Assembly: GCA_965223795.1 (NCBI GenBank)
Contig: CBDCXL010000001.1
Location: forward strand, 416,001 to 480,000
DNA: 64,000 bases
Reading direction: 5' to 3'
Origin: Nitrospinales bacterium
GTDB lineage: Bacteria; Nitrospinota; Nitrospinia; Nitrospinales; VA-1
The translations under genes and the position numbers were made by a program. Below the pieces are notes generated by a model. It was not told the DNA's origin, made no database searches, and saw only the letters and a program-made list of their open reading frames with translations. Position 1 is the stretch's first letter, and each line of letters starts with the position of its first letter. Shown in pieces: positions 8,065 to 21,263 of this stretch.

Positions 8065-10260
8065 TCAGGGGAAATTGTGCACGGTGATGCGGACTTCCAG
8101 CCCGTCCTGCAGCCAGCCGAAATTGCCGTGACCGGCGACGGTGTGGATGACGCCCTGTTTGTCGATCTTGCGGATGCGGTTGTTGTCGCGGTCGGTGAAA
8201 TACAGATTGCCTTCCGCGTCGAAGCTCATGCGGAAGGGACTTTTGATCTGCGCTTTCAGGGCCGGACCGCCGTCGCCGCTGAAACCGGGAACGCCGGTGC
8301 CCGCGACACGGGCGATGGTGCCGTCTTTGCCGATTTTGCGGATCACGGAACTGGTCTCTTCGAGGATGTACAGCTCTCCGTCCGGGGACAGGGCCAGGCC
8401 GCCCGGCGAGCGAATGCCCGCGCTCAAGGCGGAACCTTCGTCCCCGGTATCGGTGAACGCACCGGAACCGGCGACGGTCTCCACCTTGCCGTCGGTGCCG
8501 ATGCGGCGGATCTTGCTGCTGCCGGAGTCGGACAGGTAGATGTTCCCGGCGTCGTCCACGGCCAGACCGTTGGGATGGATCTCGGAATCGGATGCGTCTT
8601 CTTTGCCGAACACTTTGGTGATGATGCCGTTTTTGTCGATTTTGCGGATGCTGAAATTGGTGCGGTCGGCGATGTAGACGTTGCCCTCCCGGTCGGTGGC
8701 GATGTCGGTGATGCTGTAAAACGAGGCGTCCACGGCCGGGCCGCCGTCGCCCGAATCGCCCTGCAAGCCGTTGCCCGCGAAATGCGAGATGGTGCCGTTT
8801 TTGTCGATCCTGCGGACGTTCCAGCCGTTGCCGGAGCGGCCGGCGAAATAGATGTTGTCCTCGCCGTCGATCGCCATGGCCGAAGGCAGGTAGAGCGTGG
8901 CCTCCAGCGCCGGACCGCCGTCGCCCTCGTTGCCCAGGGTGCCGGTTCCCGCGAAGGTGGTGATGATGCCGTTCTTATCGATCCTGCGGATGCGGTTGTG
9001 GTTCTTTTCCGCGAAGTAGACAGTGCCCTTGCTGTCCACCACCAGTCCCGACGGCGCATTGAGCGTCGCGCCCCGGCCGGGACCGCCGTCGCCCTTGAAC
9101 AGCGAAGTGCCGTTGCCCGCGATGGTGCGCACCGAATTCTTTCTGAGATCGACGCTGCGCACACGGAAATGCGACCGGTCCACCACGATCAGCCGCTGTC
9201 TCTTCTCGTCGAGAGCCAGGGCGAAGGGCAGATGCAGGTTGGTTTCCACGGCGATCTCGCGGTCGCCGTTGAAGTCCGGCTTGCCGGTGCCCATGAACGT
9301 GGTGATGACGCCCTGCGGATCGACTTTGCGGATACGGTTGTTGTTGCGGTCGGCGATGTACAGGTTGCCCGCCCCGTCCGCGACCACGTCGGTCGGGTAG
9401 GCGAGGCTGGACCGGCTGGCCGGGCCGTAATCGCCGCTGAAGGAGTGCATGCCGTCTCCGGCGACGGTGGTGATGGTGCCGCCCGAAGGCGTCACCTTGC
9501 GGATGCGGTTGTTGCCCCGGTCGGCGATGTACAGGTTGCCTTTTTTGTCCAGGCAGATGCCGAAGGGGTACTTGAGCAGCGCGTCCTCAGCCGGACCGAA
9601 ATCGCCGCCGTATTCCGCCGGGCCGAGACCGGCGACGGTGGTGATCCTGCCGTCCGCATCCACCTTGCGGACGCGGTTGTTGGAGCGGTCGGAAATATAA
9701 AGATTGCCCGCATCGTCGAGCGCAAGGTCCGACGGCAGATTCAGGCTGGCTTCCAGTGCCGGGCCCTCGTCTCCCATCATGTCAGCCTCGCCGTTGCCCG
9801 CAATGGTTGTGATGATCCCATCCGGACTCACCTTGCGGATGCGGTGGTTGTTGCGGTCGGCGATGAACAGATTGCCCTTTTCGTCCAGCACCAGGCCGGC
9901 GGGAAAATTCAGTTCCGCTGCAACGGCCGGTCCGCCGTCGCCGCTGAACCCTGCGGTCCCGGTTCCCGCCACGGTAATGATGGTTCCGTCGGCGCTGATC
10001 CTGCGGATGCGGTTTTTCGAGCGGTGGGAGATATAGATATCGCCGTCCGGACCGACGGCGACGCCGTCCACCAGAGTCAGGGTCACGTCGGTGGCGGGGC
10101 TGCCGTCCTGCACGTCTGCAAACGGCTGCGCGGGAATCGCCGCGGCGATGCCGGCGGCGCACAACAGGCCGAGACCCACGGCGAAGGCCGTGATTCGTTT
10201 GACGTGCTTGCGCGGATCGTGTCTTGCTGGAACGTTTCTATTCATTATAGATAGGATCAT
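8065..10260 (-). CDS. Secreted NHL-repeat protein (about 12 repeats)
   Basis: Repeats AGxGxxGFSGDGGPA..LxxPxG..DxxGNLYIADxxNxRIRK; hydrophobic N-terminal signal. Start uncertain. Confidence 0.9.
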   Translation of the reverse strand: MILSIMNRNVPARHDPRKHVKRITAFAVGLGLLCAAGIAAAIPAQPFADVQDGSPATDVTLTLVDGVAVGPDGDIYISHRSKNRIRRISADGTIITVAGTGTAGFSGDGGPAVAAELNFPAGLVLDEKGNLFIADRNNHRIRKVSPDGIITTIAGNGEADMMGDEGPALEASLNLPSDLALDDAGNLYISDRSNNRVRKVDADGRITTVAGLGPAEYGGDFGPAEDALLKYPFGICLDKKGNLYIADRGNNRIRKVTPSGGTITTVAGDGMHSFSGDYGPASRSSLAYPTDVVADGAGNLYIADRNNNRIRKVDPQGVITTFMGTGKPDFNGDREIAVETNLHLPFALALDEKRQRLIVVDRSHFRVRSVDLRKNSVRTIAGNGTSLFKGDGGPGRGATLNAPSGLVVDSKGTVYFAEKNHNRIRRIDKNGIITTFAGTGTLGNEGDGGPALEATLYLPSAMAIDGEDNIYFAGRSGNGWNVRRIDKNGTISHFAGNGLQGDSGDGGPAVDASFYSITDIATDREGNVYIADRTNFSIRKIDKNGIITKVFGKEDASDSEIHPNGLAVDDAGNIYLSDSGSSKIRRIGTDGKVETVAGSGAFTDTGDEGSALSAGIRSPGGLALSPDGELYILEETSSVIRKIGKDGTIARVAGTGVPGFSGDGGPALKAQIKSPFRMSFDAEGNLYFTDRDNNRIRKIDKQGVIHTVAGHGNFGWLQDGLEVRITVHNFP

Positions 10261-10292
10261 GCGGGTATGCGGTTGCTCTTGTTCCCCGGTTT

Positions 10293-11090
10293 TCAGCGGG
10301 TGATCACCCGGACTCCTTTTTGCTTGGAAACGCGGAACGCTTCGACCTGCGTTTCCGGGCTCAGGTTGTTCATCACCATATCGAGGATCTCGAGATCCGG
10401 GTAATGGCTGGATTCCATGATCGCGCGCGCGCCCGCATCGCCGATGTTGTTCTGCCCCAGATACAGGGCCTTGAGCTTGGGGAAATTATCGGACTGCGCC
10501 AGGGCCACCGCGCCGCCCTCGCCGATCTCGTTGCGGAACAGATTGAGCGTTTCCAGATTCGGGAACGCCTTCACCTTCGCCAGCTCGGACGCGCCCAGCG
10601 GCGTGATGAGGTTGTCGTTCAGCATCAGGGTCTTGAGGTTCTGAAAGTTCTTCGATTGCGCGACGAACTCGAAGGCCTCGTCGCCGATTTCATTCTTCCA
10701 CAGCTTGAGCGACTCCAGCTGAGTGAGGTGCGGGGATTCGGCCAGCGCCTTGAGCCCCACGTCCCCCGCCAGGTTGCCCCACAGGTCGAGATGTTTGAGG
10801 TTCGCCAGATGAGGGGATTTGGCCAGCGCCTTGACGCCGCGCGCCTTGATCCTGTTGCCCTGCAGGCGCAGGGTGGTGACGGTGGACAGGGCTTCCATCT
10901 GCGCCAGTTTTTTCGCGCCCTTGGGACCGATGATCATGCCGGTCAGATCGAGCACGGTGCCGTTCTGGCCGATGCGTTTCGCAATCTGGGTTTCGAAGTC
11001 TTCGGCGGCGGCGCACAGCCCCGTTACGGCCAGTGTGACGACTGCCCCCAGCGCCCAGGTTCGAAACGTCTTTATAAAATCGCGTTTCAT
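10293..11090 (-). CDS. Secreted leucine-rich repeat protein (RI/GALA-like)
   Basis: Signal-like N-terminus; LxxLxLxxNxIGxxGAxALA repeats. Confidence 0.88.
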   Translation of the reverse strand: MKRDFIKTFRTWALGAVVTLAVTGLCAAAEDFETQIAKRIGQNGTVLDLTGMIIGPKGAKKLAQMEALSTVTTLRLQGNRIKARGVKALAKSPHLANLKHLDLWGNLAGDVGLKALAESPHLTQLESLKLWKNEIGDEAFEFVAQSKNFQNLKTLMLNDNLITPLGASELAKVKAFPNLETLNLFRNEIGEGGAVALAQSDNFPKLKALYLGQNNIGDAGARAIMESSHYPDLEILDMVMNNLSPETQVEAFRVSKQKGVRVITR

Positions 11091-11123
11091 GGTGGACCCC
11101 GTTCGCTTCGGTTTGAAGAGGTT

Positions 11124-11807
11124 CTAGGCTATCAGATATTTAAAGATAGTGTATATGATTTTTGTGCCCGCTTTCACGGTTCCGGAAACGGTTCCGGTGA
11201 TTTTCGACACGCCCAGACGCTCACGGTAATGCACGGGAATTTCCGCGATCCGCAGCCCCTGGCGGACGGCCTTGATCTGCATTTCCACGGTCCAGCCGAA
11301 ATTGGTGTCGGCCATTCCCAGCGATTCCAGCGAATCTCTGCGGATGGCGCGGAACGGGCCGAGATCGGTGAACCGATACCCGAAAAACAGCCGCATGAGA
11401 AACACCGCAAGCTGGTTGCCGTACCGGGACTGGGGCAGCAGCGCGGCGCGGCTTTCGGGCAGGATCATGCGGCTGCCGAGGACGAAATCCTTCTCATCGC
11501 GGATGATGGGTTCCAGCAGCAGGGTGATCTCTTCCGGCGTGTCGCTGTAATCGGCATCGAGGAACACCACGATGTCCGGGTGGTCGAGCTCGGCGATGCC
11601 CGCGAGGCAGGCGGAACCGTAACCGCGGCGTTGTTCCTCGATCACGCGCGCGCCGTGCTGTTCAGCGATCCCGGCGGTGTTGTCGGTGGAGCCGTTGTCG
11701 ACGACGATGATTTCGTGCAGGATTTCCCGGGGCAGATGGCTCAGCACCTCGCCGATGGACAGCTCCTCGTTGAGGGCGGGAATGATGACGGACACGCGCG
11801 GCTGCAT
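11124..11807 (-). CDS. Glycosyltransferase family 2
   Basis: VIIPALNEE, VVDNGSTD, GYGSAC, FLDADYSD. Confidence 0.93.
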   Translation of the reverse strand: MQPRVSVIIPALNEELSIGEVLSHLPREILHEIIVVDNGSTDNTAGIAEQHGARVIEEQRRGYGSACLAGIAELDHPDIVVFLDADYSDTPEEITLLLEPIIRDEKDFVLGSRMILPESRAALLPQSRYGNQLAVFLMRLFFGYRFTDLGPFRAIRRDSLESLGMADTNFGWTVEMQIKAVRQGLRIAEIPVHYRERLGVSKITGTVSGTVKAGTKIIYTIFKYLIA

Positions 11808-11822
11808 GGTTCGGTGTCCGGT

Positions 11823-12626
11823 TCAGTCCAGTTGCGTAACGGCCTGCTTCACGTCGGCGACGAAGCGCCCCACCTTAGCGTCGCGTTCCCCGGCGTCGCC
11901 GTTCTGCTCGATCAGGCGCACGATGGCGGAGCCGACGATGATTCCGTCGGCAATGCGGGCGGCCTCTTTTGCCTGCTCCGGACTGGAAATGCCGAAGCCG
12001 ACGAGCACCGGCAGGTTGGCGGCGCTCTGGATTTCGGCGACCTTGTCTTTCAGTCCTTCGGCGAGGGAGGCGCGCACGCCCGTGGTGCCGGTGAGCGAAA
12101 CGTAATAAATGAAACCCCGGCTTTTCCCGGCCACCCTGCGGACCCGTTCGCCGGTGCTGGTGGGCGCGAGCAGAAAGATCACGTCGAGGCCCTTAGCGTC
12201 GGCGCTGGTGGAAAATTCCTCCGATTCTTCGGGCGGCAGATCGGGAACGATGACGCCGTCCACGCCCGCCTTGACCGCGTCGTTCACGAACGCCTCCTGA
12301 CCGTAGGCGAACACGGGATTGAAACTGGTCATCAGCACGATGGGCAGTTCGGATTGTGTGCGGATGTCGGCGACCAGGGCGAGGATCTTTTTCAGCGTGG
12401 TGCCGCTTTTCAGGGCGCGCTGGGCGGAAGCCTGGATCACCGGGCCGTCCGCCAGCGGGTCGGAAAACGGCACGCCCAGTTCGATGATATCTGCCCCGCC
12501 CTGCTCGATCACGCCGAACAGCCTGCGGGTGGCGGCGAGATCCGGATCACCGGCGGTGATGAAGGCGACGAACGCCTTGCGGTTCTGCGATCTCAGGTTT
12601 TCAAAGCAGGCGGCGATGCGGTTCAC
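11823..12626 (-). CDS. trpA: Tryptophan synthase alpha chain
   Basis: [40 protein letters not shown]. Confidence 0.98.
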   Translation of the reverse strand: MNRIAACFENLRSQNRKAFVAFITAGDPDLAATRRLFGVIEQGGADIIELGVPFSDPLADGPVIQASAQRALKSGTTLKKILALVADIRTQSELPIVLMTSFNPVFAYGQEAFVNDAVKAGVDGVIVPDLPPEESEEFSTSADAKGLDVIFLLAPTSTGERVRRVAGKSRGFIYYVSLTGTTGVRASLAEGLKDKVAEIQSAANLPVLVGFGISSPEQAKEAARIADGIIVGSAIVRLIEQNGDAGERDAKVGRFVADVKQAVTQLD

Positions 12627-13834
12627 AGTTCAGCTCCCAGTTTTTCGGCCACCTGGTTCACGTCCTTGTCGCCGCGGCCGGACAGGCACACGACGATGAT
12701 CTCGTCTTTTTTCATTTTCGGCGCCATGCGCGTGAGATGCGCGATGGCGTGCGCCGATTCGAGCGCCGGGATGATGCCCTCGACCTTCGACAGCAGCTTG
12801 AATCCTTCCAGGGCTTCGTCGTCGGTGATCGAGACGTATTCGGCGCGGCCGGTTTCCTTGAAATGGCTGTGCTCGCAGCCGACGCCCGGATAGTCGAGCC
12901 CGGCGGAGATGGAGTGCGCCTCGGTGATCTGGCCGTCGTCGTCGTACAGCAGGTAGCTCATCATGCCGTGCAGCACGCCGGTGCGCCCGTGGCCCAGCGT
13001 CGCGCCGTGCTTGCCGGTCTCGATGCCGTGTCCGGCCGCTTCGACGCCCACAAGGCGGACACCTTCATCCTTATGAAACGGGTAAAACAGCCCCATGGCG
13101 TTGCTGCCGCCGCCGACGCAGGCCACGCAGGCGTCGGGCAGGCGGTTTTCCTGTGCCAGGATCTGCTCTTTCGCCTCGTCGCCGATGATGCGCTGGAAAT
13201 CGCGCACGATCATGGGATAGGGATGCGGCCCCACCACCGAGCCGATGATGTAGTGCGTGGTTTCAACGGTGGTGATCCAGTTGCGGATGGCTTCGCTGGT
13301 CGCGTCCTTGAGGGTGCGCGTTCCCGCCTTGACGGGAATGACCTTCGCGCCGAGAAGGTGCATGCGGAACACGTTGAGCGCCTGGCGGCGCATGTCCTCC
13401 TCGCCCATGAACACGTCGCACTCCAGCCCGAACAGGGCGGCGGCGGTGGCGGAAGCGACGCCGTGCTGCCCGGCCCCGGTTTCGGCGATGATGCGCTTTT
13501 TGCCCATGCGCAGCGCCAGCAGGGCGCTGCCGATGGTGTTGTTGATCTTGTGCGCGCCGGTGTGGTTCAGGTCCTCGCGTTTTAAGTAGATCTTCGCGCC
13601 GCCCAGATGGCGGGTGAGGTTTTGCGCGAAGTACAGCGGCGACGGCCGGCCGGTGTATTCCTTGAGGTAATGGTTCAACTGCCGGGTGAACTCGGGGTCC
13701 TCGCGCGCTTCCTTGTAGACGGTTTCCAGTTCCTCCAGCGCGGGCATCAGCGTTTCGATGACGTATTTCCCGCCGAAAGGACCGAAATGACCGCTGGCGT
13801 CGGGCCATTCGATTTGTTGTGCCGGATTTCCCAT
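12623..13834 (-). CDS. trpB: Tryptophan synthase beta chain
   Basis: [47 protein letters not shown]; start trimmed to ATG at 13834. Confidence 0.98.
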   Translation of the reverse strand: MGNPAQQIEWPDASGHFGPFGGKYVIETLMPALEELETVYKEAREDPEFTRQLNHYLKEYTGRPSPLYFAQNLTRHLGGAKIYLKREDLNHTGAHKINNTIGSALLALRMGKKRIIAETGAGQHGVASATAAALFGLECDVFMGEEDMRRQALNVFRMHLLGAKVIPVKAGTRTLKDATSEAIRNWITTVETTHYIIGSVVGPHPYPMIVRDFQRIIGDEAKEQILAQENRLPDACVACVGGGSNAMGLFYPFHKDEGVRLVGVEAAGHGIETGKHGATLGHGRTGVLHGMMSYLLYDDDGQITEAHSISAGLDYPGVGCEHSHFKETGRAEYVSITDDEALEGFKLLSKVEGIIPALESAHAIAHLTRMAPKMKKDEIIVVCLSGRGDKDVNQVAEKLGAEL

Positions 13835-13896
13835 GTCTGTTTCAAACGCTCCTGAAAGTTTCGATTTGTTCTTCTCTATAAGGACCGGTTGCGCTG

Positions 13897-14526
13897 TTAC
13901 CGTTTCGCCGCCGCCTGCACGAACGCCTGGACTTTGTCCGCGTCCTTGACGCCGGGCGTTTTCTCGACGCCGGAGCAGACATCCACCGCGTAGGGCCGCA
14001 CCTGCCGGACCGCCCGGCGCACGTTGTCGGGGGTCAGCCCCCCGGCCAGGATGACGGGCCCGTATTTCTTGCCCTTTAGCGCCAGGCTCCAGTCGAAGGT
14101 TTCTCCGGTGCCGCCCTGCGCCTGGGTGGAAAAGGCGTCGAGCAGGAACCCGCTGACCGGATAGCGGTCGAGCCCCTTGAGCGAAGCGGCGTTTTCCACG
14201 CGCACGGCCTTGATCACCTTGCGGCGGATGCGTTTGCAGAACGCGGGTGTTTCCTCGCCGTGCAGCTGCACCGCGTCGAGTCCGCAGGAATCGGCGACGC
14301 GGTTGATCCTGTCGGCGGTCTCGTTCACGAACACGCCCACGGTTTCGACGAACGGCGGCAGGGCCCGCACGATCTGCTTCACGGTCTGCACGGCGACGAA
14401 GCGCGGACTCTTGCGGTAAAAAATGAATCCCAGCGCGTCCGCCCCGCACTCGACCGCGTGCAGTGCGTCCTTGAGGCTGGTGTTGCCGCAGATTTTCACC
14501 TTCACGTTGGCCGCCGGATCGCTCAT
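13897..14526 (-). CDS. trpF: Phosphoribosylanthranilate isomerase
   Basis: [47 protein letters not shown]. Confidence 0.97.
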   Translation of the reverse strand: MSDPAANVKVKICGNTSLKDALHAVECGADALGFIFYRKSPRFVAVQTVKQIVRALPPFVETVGVFVNETADRINRVADSCGLDAVQLHGEETPAFCKRIRRKVIKAVRVENAASLKGLDRYPVSGFLLDAFSTQAQGGTGETFDWSLALKGKKYGPVILAGGLTPDNVRRAVRQVRPYAVDVCSGVEKTPGVKDADKVQAFVQAAAKR

Positions 14527-14637
14527 GAACACTTTTTCCTGTAATTTTATTTTCTTATGCTTTAAAATCCGTTTCGCAGCTGTCCTGGTTGTTCCCTTTC
14601 TTTTCTTTTACCAACCGCTCCACCCAAAAAAGCGCTC

Positions 14638-15057
14638 ATGAGACACTTCAAAACCTTCGCGATTTCCGTTTTTGTCTGCCTGACCTTTCTGTTGGCCGGT
14701 TGCGGTACCACCGAAAACATCGACGGCGTGGACGTGCGCACCGATTTTCAGGGGCGCGGCGTCAAAACCTTTCAGGTGCCCGTGTTTCCCCTCTACGAGG
14801 CCACGCTGGAAGCGCTGAAAAACATGAACCTGCCTCTCGATGACAACATCGAGCTGGAAGACAAGTACCAGCTCACGTCCGAAACCGACAAGCACAACAT
14901 CATCATCGACCTGGAAGGCATCGGACCGAAAATCTCCCGCATCACGGTGCGCGCCCAGGAAGGCGGCTTCTTTTCCCTGTCCAACAACGAGGCGATGGGA
15001 CGCGAGATCATCAAGGAAACCGCGCTGGTGCTCGAATCCAAGGGCATCATCGAGTAG
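14638..15057 (+). CDS. Lipoprotein, possibly DUF3568-like
   Basis: Lipobox LLAG-C; good codon usage; opposite strand to the trp genes. Confidence 0.75.
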   Translation: MRHFKTFAISVFVCLTFLLAGCGTTENIDGVDVRTDFQGRGVKTFQVPVFPLYEATLEALKNMNLPLDDNIELEDKYQLTSETDKHNIIIDLEGIGPKISRITVRAQEGGFFSLSNNEAMGREIIKETALVLESKGIIE

Positions 15058-15075
15058 CAAACTCTTGCTCGCCGT

Positions 15076-15888
15076 TCAGGTCTGTTCCGCCGCTGAAATT
15101 TTTCTGGCCGACAGCGTCTTGAGCGTATCGGCCCGATTCTGCGCGCGCATCAGGCTCTCGCCCACCAGAAACGCGTGCGCTCCCAGCGCTTCCATCTCCT
15201 CGATCTGCGCGCGTTCGTGAATTCCGCTCTCCACCACCAGCACGTTTCCCGGCACCTGCTTCGCCATCGGGATCAGCCGCCTCGATATGTCCAGGTGCGT
15301 CTTGCCTGAAGTGAGGTCGCGGTTGTTGATGCCGATGATCGACGCGCCGGAGGCGAACGCCTTTTCCATATCGGCTTCGTGGTGCGTTTCCACCAGAGCC
15401 GGGATGCCGATCTCTTCCCCCAGCGCCAAAAGATCCGCCAGGTGGTTTTTGTCCAGCGAGGTCGCGATCAGCAGAAAAAAATCGGCGCCACAGGCGCGCG
15501 ATTCGTGCACCTGGTATTCGTCGAAAATGAAATCCTTGCGCAACAGCGGCGTCGAAACCGCCGCGCGCACGCTTTCGAATGCTTCCAGGCTGCCGCCGAA
15601 ATGCCGGCTTTCGGTCAGGATGGAGATGGCGGCGGCGCCGTTGTCCGCGTAGCTTCTGCCGATCTCCACCGCGTCGAAATCGGCGAGCAGCTCGCCCTTG
15701 AACGGCGTGCGCCGTTTGATCTCGGCGATGATGCGCGAGAGTTCGGATCGCTCCAGCGCGTGACGCACATCCTGGACCGCAGGGCGTTCGCTGGCGCGGC
15801 CCTTGATCTCGCTGAGCGGCGTCCTGCGCTTCGCCTCGTCCAGCGCTTCTTTTTTATCGGCGAATATTTTATCCAGTATGGTCGGCAT
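15076..15888 (-). CDS. trpC: Indole-3-glycerol phosphate synthase
   Basis: MPTILDKI, IIAEIKRR, ISILTE..FGGS, LRKDFIFDEYQ, IGINNRDL, VESGI, LVGESLM. Confidence 0.97.
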   Translation of the reverse strand: MPTILDKIFADKKEALDEAKRRTPLSEIKGRASERPAVQDVRHALERSELSRIIAEIKRRTPFKGELLADFDAVEIGRSYADNGAAAISILTESRHFGGSLEAFESVRAAVSTPLLRKDFIFDEYQVHESRACGADFFLLIATSLDKNHLADLLALGEEIGIPALVETHHEADMEKAFASGASIIGINNRDLTSGKTHLDISRRLIPMAKQVPGNVLVVESGIHERAQIEEMEALGAHAFLVGESLMRAQNRADTLKTLSARKISAAEQT

Positions 15889-15899
15889 GGTGCGTGTGC

Positions 15900-16909
<1,010 letters not shown>

Positions 16910-16913
<4 letters not shown>

Positions 16914-17494
16914 GCGTTGACCCGCGCCGCCGGCATGTTGAGAAAATTCTTCAACAGATCCTTGCCCGAAAGCGTCAGGATCGATTCGGGATGAAACTGC
17001 ACGCCCTCCAGCGGCAGCTCCTTGTGGCGGATGCCCATGATCTCGCCGTCGTCGCTTTCGGCGGAGATGAGGAAACAGTCCGGCAGGCTTTTGCGTTCCA
17101 GCACCAGCGAATGGTAGCGGGTCGCCTCGAACGGGTTGGGCAGGTTTTCGAACAACTGTTTGCCGTCGTGACGGATCATCGAGGTCTTGCCGTGCATCAG
17201 GCGCCCGGCTTTGACGATCTTCGCCCCCATCGCCTGGCCGACGGACTGATGCCCCAGGCACACGCCGAGAATCGGGATCTTGCCCGCGAAACGCCGCACC
17301 AGGTCGACGGAGATGCCCGCCTTGTCCGGCGTGCAGGGACCGGGAGAGATGACGATCTTGTCCGGCGCCCGCGCTTCGATCTCATCGAGGCCGATCTTGT
17401 CGTTGCGAAACACCTCCAGCTCCGCGCCCAGCTCGCCCATGTACTGGACGAGGTTGTAGGTGAAGGAATCGTAATTGTCGATCATCAGGATCAT
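16910..17494 (-). CDS. trpG: Anthranilate synthase component II (glutamine amidotransferase)
   Basis: [34 protein letters not shown]; lies between trpE and trpD. Confidence 0.95.
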
Positions 17495-17567
17495 GCCGGG
17501 CACTCCTCGATTTCCCGCCGGAAACCGTCCGGCCTGATCGGGCTATTATAGCGTATTCCCGCCGGCG

Positions 17568-19061
<1,494 letters not shown>

Positions 19062-19200
19062 GAGACGGCGCGGGTTTTCCGGCTCTTTGCCTCAGAATGT
19101 CCGCTTCGGCGATTCCGGGCGCGGGCGCCTTTGAGACAATGGCTTGATTAAACGGCGGTTAAAGTCAAAATCATATTAAATTCAAGGGTTTAGCCCTATG

Positions 19201-19230
19201 ACATTAGCATCCGGCGCGTGAGGGTGTCAA
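19201..19230 (-). promoter_or_regulatory. Probable trp operon promoter
   Basis: TTGACA-18 nt-TAATGT with extended -10 TG. Confidence 0.5.
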
Positions 19231-19267
19231 GCAATTAGAAACCCTTGCATTCGCTTCAGTTGGGCCA

Positions 19268-19291
19268 TCCTTCGACAGGCTCAGGATGACA
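19268..19291. repeat. REP-like palindromic repeat, single unit
   Basis: TCCTTCGACAGGCTCAGGATGACA, same family as the copies at 20.2, 29.2, 30.9 and 48.8 kb. Confidence 0.8.
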
Positions 19292-19338
19292 TCTGAGGAG
19301 CCGTGTTTTTCTGAATGGTCCATCCAGAAACCAGAGGA

Positions 19339-20172
19339 TCACTCGACGGGTTTCCAGTCCTCGCCGTTCCAGTGGAGGATGAGGCCGTTGTCGCCCACGG
19401 CGTAGATGTTTTCCTCGGACGTGCCCCAGATGGCGGTCAGGTATTCCTTGGTGTTGGATTCGATGCGGGTCCACTGGTCGCCTTCCAGAAACAGGATCAT
19501 GCCTTCGTCGCCCACGGCGAACACCATGTCGCTGGAGGGTCCCCAGACATCGAGGAAAAATTCCATGGTGCGGGAGGGCATTTCGGTGAACTCGGCGCCG
19601 TTGAAACGGAAGATGGCGCCGTCGGAACCGACGATGTACATCTCCTTCGGGCCGAACCCGTAAAACCCGTAAAACTCGGCGTTGCAATTGAAGGTCAGGC
19701 GCACCCACTGATCGCCCTCCTGCCTGAGGACGAGCCCGTCGTAACCGACCGCGTGCATCCCGGATTCCCTGCAACCCCAGAGCCGGGTGATGTCGGTGTC
19801 GGTGCCGGTGCGCAGAAATTTCCATTCGCTGCCGTCGAAGCGCAGGATTTTCCCCAGCCGGGAACAGGCGTACACTTCGTCGGGCCCCAGCCCGAAGATG
19901 CCGGTCATGGGCGGCAACTTGTCGGTCTGCATGGGCTTCCATTCGCTGCCGTCGTAATGCAGGATCACGCCGTCGGTGGCGACGGCGAACACGTTGTCGG
20001 GCGCGCTGCCCCACAGCCCCTTGATGGTGTAGCGGGACCGGCCGGTCAGCTCCATTTTTTTCCATTCATTGCCGTCGAAGTGCAGCAGGGTGCCTTCGGC
20101 GCCGCCGATGAAGATGTCGTTTTCGCCGAACCCGGTAATGGACAGGAGATGGTTTTCAGTCAGTCGCGGCAT
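19339..20172 (-). CDS. Beta-propeller-like repeat protein (paralog 1)
   Basis: About 7 repeats of ~39 aa: WGxxxDNIYAVGxxGxILHxDGxxW; no signal peptide. Confidence 0.8.
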   Translation of the reverse strand: MPRLTENHLLSITGFGENDIFIGGAEGTLLHFDGNEWKKMELTGRSRYTIKGLWGSAPDNVFAVATDGVILHYDGSEWKPMQTDKLPPMTGIFGLGPDEVYACSRLGKILRFDGSEWKFLRTGTDTDITRLWGCRESGMHAVGYDGLVLRQEGDQWVRLTFNCNAEFYGFYGFGPKEMYIVGSDGAIFRFNGAEFTEMPSRTMEFFLDVWGPSSDMVFAVGDEGMILFLEGDQWTRIESNTKEYLTAIWGTSEENIYAVGDNGLILHWNGEDWKPVE

Positions 20173-20230
20173 AATGAATTTCGTTTTACGTGTTCGATGA
20201 ACAGGTTCTGTTATTGATTAAAACTTTTTC

Positions 20231-20254
20231 TGTCACCCTGAGACTGTCGAAGGG
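20231..20254. repeat. REP-like palindromic repeat, single unit
   Basis: TGTCACCCTGAGACTGTCGAAGGG, near reverse complement of 19268-19291. Confidence 0.75.
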
Positions 20255-20267
20255 GGACGCATTGCTT

Positions 20268-21104
20268 TCACAGCGACATGTCGGTCCACTGCGTGCCATC
20301 GTACTTGATGACGGCGCCGTTGTCGCCCACCGCAAAGACGCGATCCTTGCCCAGCCCCCGCACTTTGGTGAAGTAATCCTCGCGCGGCGGCTGCATGGGG
20401 GACCAGGCTTTGCCGTCGTAATGCAGGATCACGGCGTTGTCGCCGACGGCGAAGATGTCGTCCTCGCCCGTGCCCCAGACGCTCAGCAGGTATTCCTCGG
20501 TGCCCGATTCCATTTTGTTCCATTCGCTGCCGTCAAAGTGCAGGATGGTGCCGTACGAGCCCACCACGTAGACGTTGTCGGTGCGGGTTCCCCACACGCC
20601 ATAAAGCGAAATGGTTTCTTCGGTCAGCTCCTCTTTGCGCTGGAACTGCTGGCCGTCGTAGAAGCGGAACACGCCCTCCCCGCCCACGGCGTAAATGTGG
20701 TTGATGTCCTCGCCCCACATGCCGAAGATGTCGTGGATGGTGTTGGGCTCGCGGTAGTTCCATTTTTCGCCGTCCCAGAACAGCATGCGGCCGCCGACGC
20801 CGTAGAAGAAAATGTTGTCGGCGTCGAAGCCGAACGCGGAGTTTAAGGAGTCGTAGCTTCCGGTGTCGATCATGTTCCAGACTTTGCCGTCATAGTGCAG
20901 GACGACGCCGCCGATGCCCACGGCGTAGATGTTGTTCTCATCGGAAGCCCAGATGCCCATGAGGGGATTGGTGTTTTCGGTGCGCACCGGCAGCCATTCC
21001 TCGCCGTCGTAATGCTGCGGAATGCCGTCCTTGCCGACGACATAGATACTGTTTTCACTGAACGCCCAGAAATCGAGCAGATCGGGTTTTTCTCCGGTGA
21101 ACAT
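20268..21104 (-). CDS. Beta-propeller-like repeat protein (paralog 2)
   Basis: Same ~39-aa repeat, about 7 copies; nearly the same length as its neighbour (278 vs 277 aa). Confidence 0.8.
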   Translation of the reverse strand: MFTGEKPDLLDFWAFSENSIYVVGKDGIPQHYDGEEWLPVRTENTNPLMGIWASDENNIYAVGIGGVVLHYDGKVWNMIDTGSYDSLNSAFGFDADNIFFYGVGGRMLFWDGEKWNYREPNTIHDIFGMWGEDINHIYAVGGEGVFRFYDGQQFQRKEELTEETISLYGVWGTRTDNVYVVGSYGTILHFDGSEWNKMESGTEEYLLSVWGTGEDDIFAVGDNAVILHYDGKAWSPMQPPREDYFTKVRGLGKDRVFAVGDNGAVIKYDGTQWTDMSL

Positions 21105-21263
21105 GACGCCTCATGAATATGGAACGGTTCCGGAAGGATGACCAAACCGGTCTGGAGTTTTGCAGCAGTATACCCTATTTTTACGGCTTGCGGTCTGCGG
21201 CGCGCGGTGCGGCATCACCGGGGCTGCGCCTTGAACGGGGCAGTGCCGCGCTCAACCGGAGGA

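Noticed and set aside
8065..10260. The NHL protein as the missing propeller of the teneurin-like protein
   Set aside because: It lies 48 kb away with no evidence of linkage, and the YD protein already has its own propeller
19062..19200. Possible trp attenuator or leader peptide
   Set aside because: The short leader ORF found (MILTLTAV) has no Trp codons, and no terminator hairpin with a U-tract is evident
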